In this document: positions 52,593 to 63,005 of the stretch, one piece after another | Layout: each line of letters begins with the position of its first letter | Position numbering within the stretch: position 1 is the stretch's first letter | IMG/VR virus record: IMGVR_UViG_3300044652_000022 | Location: 11,154-75,153 of that record | Source: a virus | Lineage: Duplodnaviria > Caudoviricetes | Direction: 5' to 3' (one strand) | DNA length: 64,000 bases | The notes under the pieces: model-generated | Seen by the model: the letters and a program-made list of their open reading frames with translations, nothing else | The model's database searches: none | Told to the model about the DNA's origin: nothing | Program-made: the position numbers and the translations under genes

Positions 52593-52594
52593 TC

Positions 52595-53134
52595 ATGACG
52601 CCAATTGCTGAAAAACGGATTCCGCTTACGCTCGACAAGGAGCGGGTGTTGATCTTCAACTGCAACACCATGGTGGCGTATGAGGAGGCGACCGGGAAGT
52701 TTTTTCTCGACACCATCGCCTCCTTGTACGACGCCTTGAAACCGCTCCTTGACGCGCGGTTAGCGGTCAAGGCTGGAAAGACCGACCAGCCGATGGTCAC
52801 AGGCATGGAGGTCGTTCGCCGCGTGCCCATGACGCAGCTCCGGGCTCTGGTCTGGGCGGCGTGCCACGAATACAAAAACGACGAACCTGTCTGGCCGCTC
52901 ACCATCACTCAGGTTGGTCGCTACATTCGCCTCGACAACCTCGTTCAGGTATTTCAGCTTTTCCTTCTGGGTCATTCGAAGAACAGTCCCACTGAAAAAG
53001 AACTGGGGGAATCCCAGCCGTCGTCCGCAAGCCTCGCAGAGCCGGCGGCGGCTCCTCAGACGAATGGTGGGGAGCGTTCTATCGAGTTGCCCGAGGACGC
53101 TTTCGACTCGGTGAACGGGAAATTGGACGGTTGA
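52595..53134 (+). CDS. tail assembly chaperone G
   Basis: between tube and TMP; contains slippery site. Confidence 0.8.
   Translation: MTPIAEKRIPLTLDKERVLIFNCNTMVAYEEATGKFFLDTIASLYDALKPLLDARLAVKAGKTDQPMVTGMEVVRRVPMTQLRALVWAACHEYKNDEPVWPLTITQVGRYIRLDNLVQVFQLFLLGHSKNSPTEKELGESQPSSASLAEPAAAPQTNGGERSIELPEDAFDSVNGKLDG
53005..53011 (+). other. -1 programmed frameshift site G GGG GAA
   Basis: the -1 frame is open from 53005 through the 53131-53379 ORF. Confidence 0.8.
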
Positions 53135-53379
53135 CCTTGCGGAAGTTCTTCCTATTGCTAGCCGAATATTATGACCAGCAATGGGTCGAGGACAACCGAC
53201 TTTTCCAGTTGATCCGCATCCACTTCAAGGAGGCTCCGCCTCCAGGCGCATTCTTTCCTCTACTTGGCGACGGCGGTGCTCGCGTTCCTGCACCAGTCCT
53301 TAACGATGACGACCCCGACATTGACGATCAAATCGCCTTCCAAGCCGTCGCCGCCTCGATCCCAAACCTTCGGCATTGA
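53011..53379 (+). CDS. tail assembly chaperone GT extension
   Basis: W..FY..AR...L.EREI..LTLR.F pattern in -1 frame. Confidence 0.75.
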   Translation: MPAVVRKPRRAGGGSSDEWWGAFYRVARGRFRLGEREIGRLTLRKFFLLLAEYYDQQWVEDNRLFQLIRIHFKEAPPPGAFFPLLGDGGARVPAPVLNDDDPDIDDQIAFQAVAASIPNLRH

Positions 53380-53494
53380 AATCCTGGCGCTGCTGCGTTC
53401 CTTCCTCTTGCTCCGGCTTAGCCTACGGGAGAGCGGAGAGAATCGAGCAGTGCCAGGCTGCTCTGCAAGTTTCGGTGTCACACAGCGCTATTAA

Positions 53495-53677
53495 ATGCGA
53501 AAAACCCGGTCCAAAGCGGAGGAAGAGTGCGGACGCCGTACTCGCTACGAAAGCAAGGCGGAAGCCTCGGCAGCAGGCCTGCGCATACCCGGGAGTGTCA
53601 CGCTGCGCTTTCATTGCGCCCACTGCGGTGGGTGGCACCTGAGGCAAATCAACTTGGGCATTCGTCGCAAGCGCTAA
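53495..53677 (+). CDS. small Zn-finger protein
   Basis: C....Y.S...A...F.CAHCGGWHL. Confidence 0.6.
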   Translation: MRKTRSKAEEECGRRTRYESKAEASAAGLRIPGSVTLRFHCAHCGGWHLRQINLGIRRKR

Positions 53678-53689
53678 AGAGGGATTACA

Positions 53690-56600
53690 TTGGACCTCGC
53701 TGATTTAGTGGTTCGCCTCCGCGCCGACTTCGGAGACGTGGACAAAAAACTCGACTCCGTTACGGAAAGCATGGATTTGTTCGGCGAGTCGGCAGCCGAA
53801 ACGGGCAAGGCTATCGACAGCGAACTGGACGCGAAGATCGAATCTCTGCTCAGTTCGGGCATGTCCCTCGCGGAGGCGTTGCAGCATCTTGCGGATGCGG
53901 CTGCGACCGTCGCTCCGCCAATAGAGGCAGCTGGAGCCGCCGCCGAGCAGGCTGCGGAACAAATGAGCCTCTTTGACGAGGCTGCCCATGTTCCGTACGC
54001 AGACGCCTCGGGACAGTTGAACCTGTTCACCACTGAATTAGAACCTATTCCCGAAGCCGCGGCGGCGGGCGCAGAGGCGGTTAAGAAATTTGGCGAGGCT
54101 GAGGAGGAGGCTGGACACGAAGGAGAGCACGCCGCGCATGGCACCCACGAACTCCTAAAAGAGTTGCTGGAGTTTGCGGGGATCGAACTCACCATTGAGG
54201 CGCTCAAAGAATTTGCCATAGAAGCTGTTCATGTTTACGCCGAAACCGAGCGAGTCTCAATCGCTCTGGGCTTGATGATGGACTCGGCAGAGGAAGCCGA
54301 AGCCACCATCGACAGCCTGAAAGAAACCGCGCAGGAACTGGGGCTGGCATTCGAGCCGCTTTTGGGCATTACGCAGCGGTTCACGGTGCTTGGTGTGAGC
54401 GCCGAAGAAACCCAGCGCGCCCTCCGAGCCGCAGCCGACGACGCCGCCCTCACCGGGAGTAACATCGACCGCGTGTCGAACTCTATCGAGCGCATGGCGC
54501 AGACAGGGATGGCGAGCAATCGTCAGTTGTTCCAGCTGCGCCTTACGACCGCCGACCTGGGCGAGGTGATGGGCGTCTCGGCAGACCAGGTGACGAAGGC
54601 TTTCAGGAGCATGAGCCTGAGCGCCGAAGACCGCGTCGCCATCATTACCGAAGCTATCGAGAAAAAGTTCCCTGGTGCTGCGGAGGCGATGGCCAACTCT
54701 GTCTCCGGGCAAATGAACCGGCTCAAAAACTCCTGGGAGTTTGCGCTGGAGGACATGGGCGCCGCTCTGCGTCCTATGCTAATGGAAGCGCTGCCAGGAT
54801 TAGTACAGGGGATGAAGGTCCTGGTGGACGTGGCGATCACCGTGGCGACAGGTATAAAGCTGGTTACGGACAGCCTTGTCGCTGTGTTCACGGTGTCCCT
54901 GACCGCGGTCAAAGGATTCCTGGACACCTGGTACAACTTGAACACCGGCAAGTTCAAGGAGGCAAAACAGGCAGCGCAGGACACCTGGGACTCGATTAAA
55001 AACGCAGCCAAATTCTCCTGGGACGACATGGTGAAGGACGCCCAGACAGGAGAGGACGCGCTAGAGAAGCTGTGGGCGGAGCGTAAGAAACGCGAGGCGG
55101 GTGAAGGCGAAGGAAAACGAACGCTACCCAAAATTGCGATCCCTTACGCCGAAATGAAAACCGAGATAGACGCGGAGGCCGCGCACCAGCGATCCCTTTT
55201 GGAGCTGGGTCGCATAGGGCTAGAAGCGCGCAAGAAAATGGGTCAGGTGTCTGCCGAGGAGTACCTCGCCCAAACCAAAGCTCTCAATGACCAAGAACTG
55301 GAAATAACGCGGGACGCGATACGGAGAAAACTCGCTGCGCAGAAGGAATCCAACGCATCCCAGATCAATGCGGCGCTGAACAAGGAGCTTCAGGCAGCGG
55401 TGGACAAAAACCACCTCGAGAATGCCAAAGCGGACGCGAAGTACAACGAAGAAAGGAAAAAGGAGGAGGACGAAACCGTCGCGCATATCGCGAAGGAAGA
55501 GGACAAGATCGCTGCCAACACGCGCAAGGTTTACGAGATGCGCGAAAAGTTGGATGAGGAGGAAAAGAACGACCGGGACAAAGCTGCCCGCGACCGCGTC
55601 AATAACGAAATGGCGCATGAGCAGCGCCTTCTCGATAACGAACGCGCCGTCCTCGCCGAGCGAGTGCGTATGCACCTCATTACCAATGAGGAGCGGCTGC
55701 GGCTAGAGGAGAATCTTAACCAGCGCGAGGAAGCCATGCAGATCGAGGCGCTGGAAAAGGAAAAGAAGGCGATCACCGACGCAGTCGAGTACGACATCCA
55801 CCAGGAAACAAAGCTGGCAGCTATCGAGGCGCGTCTCCAGGCTCTGCGCGACAAGCGCGACAACCGGGAGAAGGTGCGCGCGATCCAGATTGAAAACGAC
55901 GCCTGGACTACGCTTGGGATCACCAGCGACTCCGTCCTGAAGAATCAGCTAACGGATATCGACAACGCGATTTTAAAGCTCCTGAAAATGGGGGTCTCGA
56001 CGCGCGAACTCGAAGCTGCCGAACGCAAGCGCCTCGAGACCGTAATCCAGATGCGCGAGGCGACAGGTGAGGACGCCTCGAAAGAGATCATTGCCTTAAC
56101 CAATTTGCAGATCAAGCAGGATGTCCTGAAACATCAGGCGGAAGGACTGGGAGGAGTCTATCGCGATTTCATGAACACCGCCCATCGCGCGTTTCAGCAG
56201 ATTGGGTCAGGACTAGCGGACGCCATCACTAACTCCAAGACCTTCGGTCAAACGATGATGAACGTCCTGCACCAGATCGAAAAGGAACTGCTCAACCTCG
56301 TTTTCCAATTCATCATGGAGCAATTGTGGGGCGCGCTGATGGATCTAACCGGCCTGATGGGCACCTCCTTCGGCAAGCTAGCCCAGCAAGCTGGTGTAAC
56401 GCAAGCCGCTGCCTCCGCCTCCGATGTATCCCAGGTGATTGGTGCAGGAGCGGTTGGCGGTGCGGCTGCGGCTGCGTCTATTGCTGCTATTCCGATTGTC
56501 GGACCTGGCCTTGCTATCGAAGCTGGCGAGGCGATGATGGCGGCGATCATTTCGACCTTTGCTCCGGTTGCTGCATTCGCCCGAGGCGGCGACGTTCCAA

Positions 56601-56857
56601 CCGATATGATCGCGATGGTTCACGGCGGCGAGCATGTGGTCAACGCCGATATCTCTGCCGGGTTGCGCGGGCTGTTGAATGCGCAGGGATCCTTGATGCC
56701 ACCCACCGCGCCTGCCGGAGACAATATCAATTTAGACTTCCGCGGAGCGGTGTTTGGTTCCGGATTGAGCCAGTCCATCGTGGACAACATGATGCAGACC
56801 GCGATTGGGAAGCTGCGCCGTGCAGGTGGGATGCCAACGAAGAAAGGCAGGCTATGA
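53690..56857 (+). CDS. tape measure protein
   Basis: 1055 aa Ala/Glu-rich helical; L.V.L.AD N-terminus; AFARGG.V...A.VHGGE.V C-terminus. Confidence 0.92.
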   Translation: MDLADLVVRLRADFGDVDKKLDSVTESMDLFGESAAETGKAIDSELDAKIESLLSSGMSLAEALQHLADAAATVAPPIEAAGAAAEQAAEQMSLFDEAAHVPYADASGQLNLFTTELEPIPEAAAAGAEAVKKFGEAEEEAGHEGEHAAHGTHELLKELLEFAGIELTIEALKEFAIEAVHVYAETERVSIALGLMMDSAEEAEATIDSLKETAQELGLAFEPLLGITQRFTVLGVSAEETQRALRAAADDAALTGSNIDRVSNSIERMAQTGMASNRQLFQLRLTTADLGEVMGVSADQVTKAFRSMSLSAEDRVAIITEAIEKKFPGAAEAMANSVSGQMNRLKNSWEFALEDMGAALRPMLMEALPGLVQGMKVLVDVAITVATGIKLVTDSLVAVFTVSLTAVKGFLDTWYNLNTGKFKEAKQAAQDTWDSIKNAAKFSWDDMVKDAQTGEDALEKLWAERKKREAGEGEGKRTLPKIAIPYAEMKTEIDAEAAHQRSLLELGRIGLEARKKMGQVSAEEYLAQTKALNDQELEITRDAIRRKLAAQKESNASQINAALNKELQAAVDKNHLENAKADAKYNEERKKEEDETVAHIAKEEDKIAANTRKVYEMREKLDEEEKNDRDKAARDRVNNEMAHEQRLLDNERAVLAERVRMHLITNEERLRLEENLNQREEAMQIEALEKEKKAITDAVEYDIHQETKLAAIEARLQALRDKRDNREKVRAIQIENDAWTTLGITSDSVLKNQLTDIDNAILKLLKMGVSTRELEAAERKRLETVIQMREATGEDASKEIIALTNLQIKQDVLKHQAEGLGGVYRDFMNTAHRAFQQIGSGLADAITNSKTFGQTMMNVLHQIEKELLNLVFQFIMEQLWGALMDLTGLMGTSFGKLAQQAGVTQAAASASDVSQVIGAGAVGGAAAAASIAAIPIVGPGLAIEAGEAMMAAIISTFAPVAAFARGGDVPTDMIAMVHGGEHVVNADISAGLRGLLNAQGSLMPPTAPAGDNINLDFRGAVFGSGLSQSIVDNMMQTAIGKLRRAGGMPTKKGRL

Positions 56858-57117
56858 GACGCTTCCACCTTACCCCGCGCGAGCAGCAGGTCGCCACGAT
56901 GATTAGCTGCGCGCACACGAATAAGGAAATCGCTAAGGAACTAGGGACTACGGTGGGCGCCGTAAAAATAGCCTTGACGCGCCTGTTCCAAAAAGTCCAG
57001 GTGCGCAATCGAGTGGAACTGGCGACGTGGTTTCGCGACAACTACGGTCTTGTGGGGCCGTCAGTGAAGTGCTCCGAGTGTCTGTTGCGCATCGCGCATC
57101 TCATGGGTGAACAATAG
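56854..57117 (+). CDS. stand-alone LuxR/GerE-type HTH protein
   Basis: LTPREQQV......TNKEIA.ELG.T..AVK..L.RLF.K..V.NR.EL. Confidence 0.88.
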   Translation: MRRFHLTPREQQVATMISCAHTNKEIAKELGTTVGAVKIALTRLFQKVQVRNRVELATWFRDNYGLVGPSVKCSECLLRIAHLMGEQ

Positions 57118-57119
57118 CG

Positions 57120-60100
57120 ATGGCGTTTCTTCCGCAAAGCCGAGAAAAAGACATTAGCGTTTTGATCGGTACGGTAGGTCTGGGAACGATCAATGCAGGA
57201 TCCACGTCCTTAGCAGCGACCTGGACCACGCTCCCTGGCTATCCTTCAGCGACGACCTTCTCTGCGTCCGACGTTGGGCGCATCGTCACTGTGATGGGAG
57301 CAGGTCCCAGCGGTACGATGCTGATTACTAAAGTGGCGGCGTTTGTAGACGCCACCCATGTCACGCTTCAGGACGCCGCCTCGACCACAGCAGTTGCGGG
57401 CGTTTCGAACACCACCATTTTCCGACCTGTCTCCTGCGCGCAGGGCACGATCCACTTTAACGAATCGCTGACCAACAACGACGAGGCGGAGTTTACGGTC
57501 GAGGTGCGGCACGGGCAACTGCCGCCGCGCGAAGGACAGCCTGTTCTGATCCAGACCGCCGATTCCGAAACCGCTGTTGGGACGACGTACGGCGTTATAT
57601 TCGGTGGTGAAATCGACACGGTAGAGCACACCAGCTTTGCTGGACCTGCGCAGGAGAGCCAAGCTGCCTGCAAGTGCGTAGCCTATGACGCCATCTTATC
57701 CCGTCGCACCATTTCAGGTAAACAGTATTCCTCCAAGACCATGCGGCAGATTGCCCAGGACCTCATCGACTCTGGGCTGACGGCGGAATACATGAGCCTG
57801 GTGTGGACGCTGTCTGACGACGGGCCCACACCCAACGTTGTCAACGTGGACAACCTGTCGTATGTTGCGGACGGTTTCAATAACCTGATTACCGCTTGCG
57901 ACAGCCCGACGACGAAGTACTATTGGAAAACGGATCCCTGGCGCCGCATCATAATCGCCACCGAAGCTTCGGTTGCTGCACCCTGGGGCATCAACGACGG
58001 CGACCATAGCGATGGAAACATCCTCGTTACGGTAAAAAACACGCGGTCGCGCGAGAAGTACAGCAATCAGGTTTACACGCAAGCGGACAAGGCGCTCGAT
58101 CCGCCCAAAACCGTAAACATTACCAATTCGCTATTTGGGCATCCGCTTCCAGCTTGGCTTGCTGCCGTTTACCTACCGGAACCAGCCGCCGTGCTACCAA
58201 CGCTTTCCGTCAATGGTGTGGCGATGCGGATTTGGACGGCGCCGTACGACCCGCGACAGAGCACCGCCAACGGTACCGCTTTTGATCCGTCCTTAACCAC
58301 TGTTCCTGCGGGCTATGATTGGGCCTGGGCTGTAAACACGAATCTTTTGTGGACAACCCCTGTTGCAGATCCGTTTCACGGACATGCTCCCATGGTCCCG
58401 CCTGGCGGTACGGCTGTCGCAACTTATCAGGTCGGAGGCCCCAACGGAAGCCTATACGGCGACACGACCAGTATCAATACGCGAGCGAACATCGAAGGCG
58501 GATCGGGTTTGCATGAAATGGTCCTGAAAGTGGACAACCCGATTGACAAAACCGAGTTGGCCGCTGAAACAGCCGCGCTAGCGAAGGCGTATAGCGTCGT
58601 CCCAGAATCCATCGAGATCATTTCGTATCGCGGCGGTCTGCGCGCAGGTCAGGCGGTCTTGATCCACCTCACCGATATCCTCGCCTTTGGAACGTACCTG
58701 ATCGAATCGGCGCAGATGGAAACGAGCGAAGGGCTTGTAAAGTGGACACTAAAAGCCACGTTGGGCTCGCTCGTTGGCGACTGGAAAACGGCGCTTGTAG
58801 ACGTGCTTGGCGAAAAGATTTTAGGTGCCGGCGCCGGTGCCGGTATCACGCCAGGAAAAATACCCGCACCTACTCTGACCTCTGTTACACCAGCTTCTGG
58901 CGTGCAAGGCGACACGGTCAATGTGACGCTGAAGGGCACCGGGTTTTTGGCGGGCTTGGCTCTGGTCTACACCGATAATCCAGACATTGCGGTCAGCAAC
59001 CTTTTAGTGCCCTACGACGACACCATCACCGCCACCTTCACGATTGCCAACACCGCAAAAACTGGCGTCGCGAACGTTACGGTTAGCATTGGAAGTCAGT
59101 ACACCGGAGCGGCTAGCTTCGACGTTCTGCCGCTGGGTGCCTCGACCTCGCCTGCTCCGGTTTTAGTGGTCACTTGCGAGGACGCTTCAACCCTTGCTAC
59201 ATCGGATCCCAACTACCGCGCGCGTTGGGTTGAAAAAGGCGGCGCTCTGCATACAGTCCTGTACGCCACGGTCTCGATGGGCGCGGTTACGTACCCGCAG
59301 ACGTTGACGCTGAAGCTGAACGGAGCCAGTGTTCCAGGTACTGGATGGTTGGGCTGGATCACGATCCCCAACGACAACTTCGCGTTTTTTCTGGGTTTGC
59401 GCGATGGGACGACCGAGGTCTTTCCGCCTATCGTTACGGATGAAAATTGGACGCTGTTAGCGGACGCAGGGCGCTTCGATGAAGGCTGGACGCCGACCGT
59501 CAACGCCTTAACCTCTTCACCGTTTATCGTTCCTGCGCCGCCAGCGCCAGGGACTACGGTGGTAACGGGCGCCTACCTCGACACGATTATTATTAACCGC
59601 GCCACCCAAAAATGGGGCTGGAAAAATCTGTACTCCGTTCTGCCCTTTGACCCCAACGCGACGACCAGCGACCTGAACCCGCTCAAGGCGCCCAATAAAT
59701 CCGTGAAGTGGACCATTCAGAATGGTCACTACACGAACCCTGCCGACCCATCCACTTTTGTTCCCGGCGCGCCGAACTCTGCGCAGCATGGCGGAGACGA
59801 AATCGAGTTCAACGACTTCCGAGATGCGCTTCGACAACCAGGTACCGATTTAGTCACCATTCAGAATCCGCTGTTATGGGACATCCCTGACGCCATCCTG
59901 CCTGACGGATCGACAAACCTGGACAATGTTTTTCGGTTCAAGATCAAATTGGGAACGTACCTCGCGCGTTCTAATTCCGACGACACGACCTGGGCCTATC
60001 AAAACGCCTGGTCCACTGGTCCGGGCGACAGCACCGCAGGGACCTACGCTTACCAGGACGTGGTCCTCGACCTGAACCTTGGGAAGCAAACCGCTGCGAA

Positions 60101-61448
60101 TTTAGCTGGCGGCACAAAAATTCCGACGAGCAATATTCCAGTAGACGGAACGTACATCACCGTCGATGATCGCGGAATCACGCCTGTAGTTCCGCTGGCG
60201 GATCTGTTCTCGAAAATCGCCGCTGCCAATTACACGATTCCCAGCGCGGTACTCGCCAATCAAAACTTCCTGGCGTTCAGCGCCGCGCAAGGAGCCTTGA
60301 CGTACGCCTCTGGCGTGATTGCAGCCAATGTGATCGTGGACAAAAACGTCCAAGGCGTCAAGGTCAGCAAACTCCTCGCTGATACTGTGATTTTTTCTGG
60401 CGACGTGTACTTCGCTCGCGGTTCCGGACAGGCAGCGGTGGCAATGAACAATGGCGGTATGTACATGTTCAGCGCCGTGGCGGCGGGTGGCGGCGGAACG
60501 ACGGTCGGTGCTCCCGAAACTGGAGCAGGTGGCAAGCCGAGCTACACGGCAGTTGGTCTGACGGGATCACCCTATGTCGCCGTTCAGTCCAGCGGTGTCT
60601 ATGCGTTTTCTGGCGGCAGCGGACCTTCGGTCGTCATTACCGGATCCGCCATTTCGCTGTACTCCCAGACGACGATTCCGCAGGATATCAACCAGACATA
60701 TAATCCTGCCTTGCAGGTATCCAATTCGCCGTACGTGACCATTACATCGGCGGTCATGTCGATGGTCGCCAAGCCGTTCCAAGTAGACGTGCAGGCGTCC
60801 AGCATCCAGTTTCGGTACCTGAGCGACCTCAGTGTTTTGACCTCCGTCACATCCTGGGGATTTGTGACCCAGAACAGCCACTATTTCGCCTACATCAACG
60901 CTTCTGGGATGATGATTGGGAAGGTTCCAGCAAATCGCACGGTACCGACACCCATCGACATTCCGACGATGCAGTCGTCAACGCAGTACATTCTGATTGG
61001 TGAGCCGACAGCCACGAGCGGATTCGAGGTCGATATCGTCAATGGGACCGCGAAGTTGAGCCTAACAGCCGCAGAATGCCGATTGACTTCGCCTGGAAAT
61101 CAGTTTCTTAGTCTCAAGTCCGGACAGATCCTTCTCCAGTACGACGTCAGCAACACGCTCGCAGTTGCGCCTTTTGGTAACCGAGGACTTGCTTTCACGT
61201 TTACCTCGCAAGGGCTGGGTGCTGTCATTATCAACAATCCTACCTTGGGCGGCGTCGGGTTTGAGGGAGCTTTCGTTCTCGGCGGACAAAGCTGGATGGA
61301 CGTTCTTGGGGTTCACATTGGGATCAACTCGAATCTGTACTTTACCTCCGCCAACGTTGTAGCCCTGTCAGCAGGCGGGGCGACCGGGACGTACTTAACC
61401 ATCTACATCGCAGGCACAACGTATAAACTGGCACTCCTAAGCAATTAA
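57120..61448 (+). CDS. tail tip hub / central fibre protein with IPT/TIG domain
   Basis: 1442 aa; IFGG.I..V..C..YD hub region; PTLTSVTPASG.QG.TV.VTL.G.GF Ig-like module. Confidence 0.8.
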   Translation: MAFLPQSREKDISVLIGTVGLGTINAGSTSLAATWTTLPGYPSATTFSASDVGRIVTVMGAGPSGTMLITKVAAFVDATHVTLQDAASTTAVAGVSNTTIFRPVSCAQGTIHFNESLTNNDEAEFTVEVRHGQLPPREGQPVLIQTADSETAVGTTYGVIFGGEIDTVEHTSFAGPAQESQAACKCVAYDAILSRRTISGKQYSSKTMRQIAQDLIDSGLTAEYMSLVWTLSDDGPTPNVVNVDNLSYVADGFNNLITACDSPTTKYYWKTDPWRRIIIATEASVAAPWGINDGDHSDGNILVTVKNTRSREKYSNQVYTQADKALDPPKTVNITNSLFGHPLPAWLAAVYLPEPAAVLPTLSVNGVAMRIWTAPYDPRQSTANGTAFDPSLTTVPAGYDWAWAVNTNLLWTTPVADPFHGHAPMVPPGGTAVATYQVGGPNGSLYGDTTSINTRANIEGGSGLHEMVLKVDNPIDKTELAAETAALAKAYSVVPESIEIISYRGGLRAGQAVLIHLTDILAFGTYLIESAQMETSEGLVKWTLKATLGSLVGDWKTALVDVLGEKILGAGAGAGITPGKIPAPTLTSVTPASGVQGDTVNVTLKGTGFLAGLALVYTDNPDIAVSNLLVPYDDTITATFTIANTAKTGVANVTVSIGSQYTGAASFDVLPLGASTSPAPVLVVTCEDASTLATSDPNYRARWVEKGGALHTVLYATVSMGAVTYPQTLTLKLNGASVPGTGWLGWITIPNDNFAFFLGLRDGTTEVFPPIVTDENWTLLADAGRFDEGWTPTVNALTSSPFIVPAPPAPGTTVVTGAYLDTIIINRATQKWGWKNLYSVLPFDPNATTSDLNPLKAPNKSVKWTIQNGHYTNPADPSTFVPGAPNSAQHGGDEIEFNDFRDALRQPGTDLVTIQNPLLWDIPDAILPDGSTNLDNVFRFKIKLGTYLARSNSDDTTWAYQNAWSTGPGDSTAGTYAYQDVVLDLNLGKQTAANLAGGTKIPTSNIPVDGTYITVDDRGITPVVPLADLFSKIAAANYTIPSAVLANQNFLAFSAAQGALTYASGVIAANVIVDKNVQGVKVSKLLADTVIFSGDVYFARGSGQAAVAMNNGGMYMFSAVAAGGGGTTVGAPETGAGGKPSYTAVGLTGSPYVAVQSSGVYAFSGGSGPSVVITGSAISLYSQTTIPQDINQTYNPALQVSNSPYVTITSAVMSMVAKPFQVDVQASSIQFRYLSDLSVLTSVTSWGFVTQNSHYFAYINASGMMIGKVPANRTVPTPIDIPTMQSSTQYILIGEPTATSGFEVDIVNGTAKLSLTAAECRLTSPGNQFLSLKSGQILLQYDVSNTLAVAPFGNRGLAFTFTSQGLGAVIINNPTLGGVGFEGAFVLGGQSWMDVLGVHIGINSNLYFTSANVVALSAGGATGTYLTIYIAGTTYKLALLSN

Positions 61449-61454
61449 GGCTCT

Positions 61455-61877
61455 ATGGAAAATCACAAACGAACAATCGAGATCACGCTGGGCGGTGCAG
61501 TGGACGCGCTGATAGGTCTCAATAAAATGCTGACCGGAGAGTTCGAGGCGAAAGACGCCCACCGCATCGCGCGTTCCATCGCCCTCCTCCGAGCCCATCC
61601 CGAAGTCATGGCTACGGCGCAGACGCGCGACAAGCTGATCCAGCGCTACTCTCAAAACGGAAGGGTCACCGACATTGATTCGCTGAACGCGAACTACAGC
61701 CCCATCGCCGGCGAAAAAATCAACCTCGAGATCGTCACGATCCCAATTGCGGTACTCGAATCGGCGCCAAAAATGACCCCATTCGAAATGCTATCGCTGG
61801 AGCAGTTCTGGGAGTATCCAAAAGAGGAAGAAAAGAAGGAATCTGAGGAGCAGAAAGGAGTAGCGCATGGCGCTTAA
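61455..61877 (+). CDS. hypothetical protein (tail chaperone-like)
   Basis: 140 aa helical, follows central fibre. Confidence 0.6.
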   Translation: MENHKRTIEITLGGAVDALIGLNKMLTGEFEAKDAHRIARSIALLRAHPEVMATAQTRDKLIQRYSQNGRVTDIDSLNANYSPIAGEKINLEIVTIPIAVLESAPKMTPFEMLSLEQFWEYPKEEEKKESEEQKGVAHGA

Positions 61878-62280
61878 TACCCAGTTGTCGGACGCCGCAG
61901 CCAATGCCGGTGTCGCCGCCGTAGGCGCGACGGTGAACGGCGGGAGCATCAAACTCTATTCAGGCACCCAGCCAGCCAACGGAAACCTGGGTGCTACAGG
62001 TACGCTCCTTGTCACGCTACCGCTGAACAACCCCGCTTTTGGGGCGGCGGCAGCTGGCGCCATTGCGCTAAACACCGCAGGCGTTTCAGGTGCTGGTGTG
62101 GCGGCGGGTACAGTCGGTTACGCTGTGTTCACGGATTCGGGTGGCAATATCAAGTGGATGTGCTCGGCTGGCGTCTCGGCCTCTGTTCCCAATCTTGTAT
62201 TGAGCACCACGACCATTTCGGTTGGGCTGACCGTTAGCGTCACGTCCTATACGCTTACGCTTCAGGAAGCGGGGTCCTAA
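61867..62280 (+). CDS. virion structural protein
   Basis: G.I..YSG.QPA....A.GTLL..L pattern. Confidence 0.7.
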   Translation: MALNTQLSDAAANAGVAAVGATVNGGSIKLYSGTQPANGNLGATGTLLVTLPLNNPAFGAAAAGAIALNTAGVSGAGVAAGTVGYAVFTDSGGNIKWMCSAGVSASVPNLVLSTTTISVGLTVSVTSYTLTLQEAGS

Positions 62281-62282
62281 AA

Positions 62283-62996
62283 ATGTCCAACCCCAAATTG
62301 CCGATATTCAGCATTTCATCGGCAACCATCGCCACCGACGCGGATCTGCTGGTCGCGAAAAACAACGCGCAAGCTCAGTTGACTGCTGCGATCAATGCCA
62401 CAGACATGTCGCTTTCGGTCAGCGCTTCGGGCGTGTTTGGGACGCCGACCATCATTGCGATCGGAAACGAGTTGATAAAAGTTGCCTCAGATTCTGGCAC
62501 AACGCTGACCGTCGCCACCGGCGGACGTGGATGGCGCGGGACTCTTGCGCAGCCGCACGCCATCGGTGATTGGGTTCTCCAGGAAGTGGACGAGGACTAC
62601 CACAATCAGCTTGCGGCTGAGATCATCGCTATAGAGCAAGCCCTAGTCCCGAACACGACGCCTTTTACCGCAGCCACGCTGCAAAACAATTGGGCTACGT
62701 ACAGTCTTACCGGAGCCTCGCCCGCTGCTTACTACAGAGATATTTTAGGGTGGGTTCACTTGCGCGGACAGATTGCCGGTGGATCTACCGCTATTGCATC
62801 GGTCATCTTGAACCTTCCGTCAGGGTTTCGTCCGCCAAACACAATAGGCTTCCAGTATTTCCAGTGCCTTTCATGGAATGGAAGCATTTACGTACCGGGA
62901 GCCGTTCGCATTGACAACAACGGGAATGTTCTTTACCTCGCCGGTTCCAACTCGTTTTTGTCTCTCGATGGAATCCAGTTCAACACGATGGGTTGA
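62283..62996 (+). CDS. tail fibre/receptor-binding protein 1
   Basis: IGNE.IK..GRG..GT.A.H..G..V...YHNQLAAEI.AIE base plus W..Y..D..G.V.LRG..LP.GFRP head. Confidence 0.75.
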   Translation: MSNPKLPIFSISSATIATDADLLVAKNNAQAQLTAAINATDMSLSVSASGVFGTPTIIAIGNELIKVASDSGTTLTVATGGRGWRGTLAQPHAIGDWVLQEVDEDYHNQLAAEIIAIEQALVPNTTPFTAATLQNNWATYSLTGASPAAYYRDILGWVHLRGQIAGGSTAIASVILNLPSGFRPPNTIGFQYFQCLSWNGSIYVPGAVRIDNNGNVLYLAGSNSFLSLDGIQFNTMG

Positions 62997-63005
62997 GGAA
63001 ATCGA

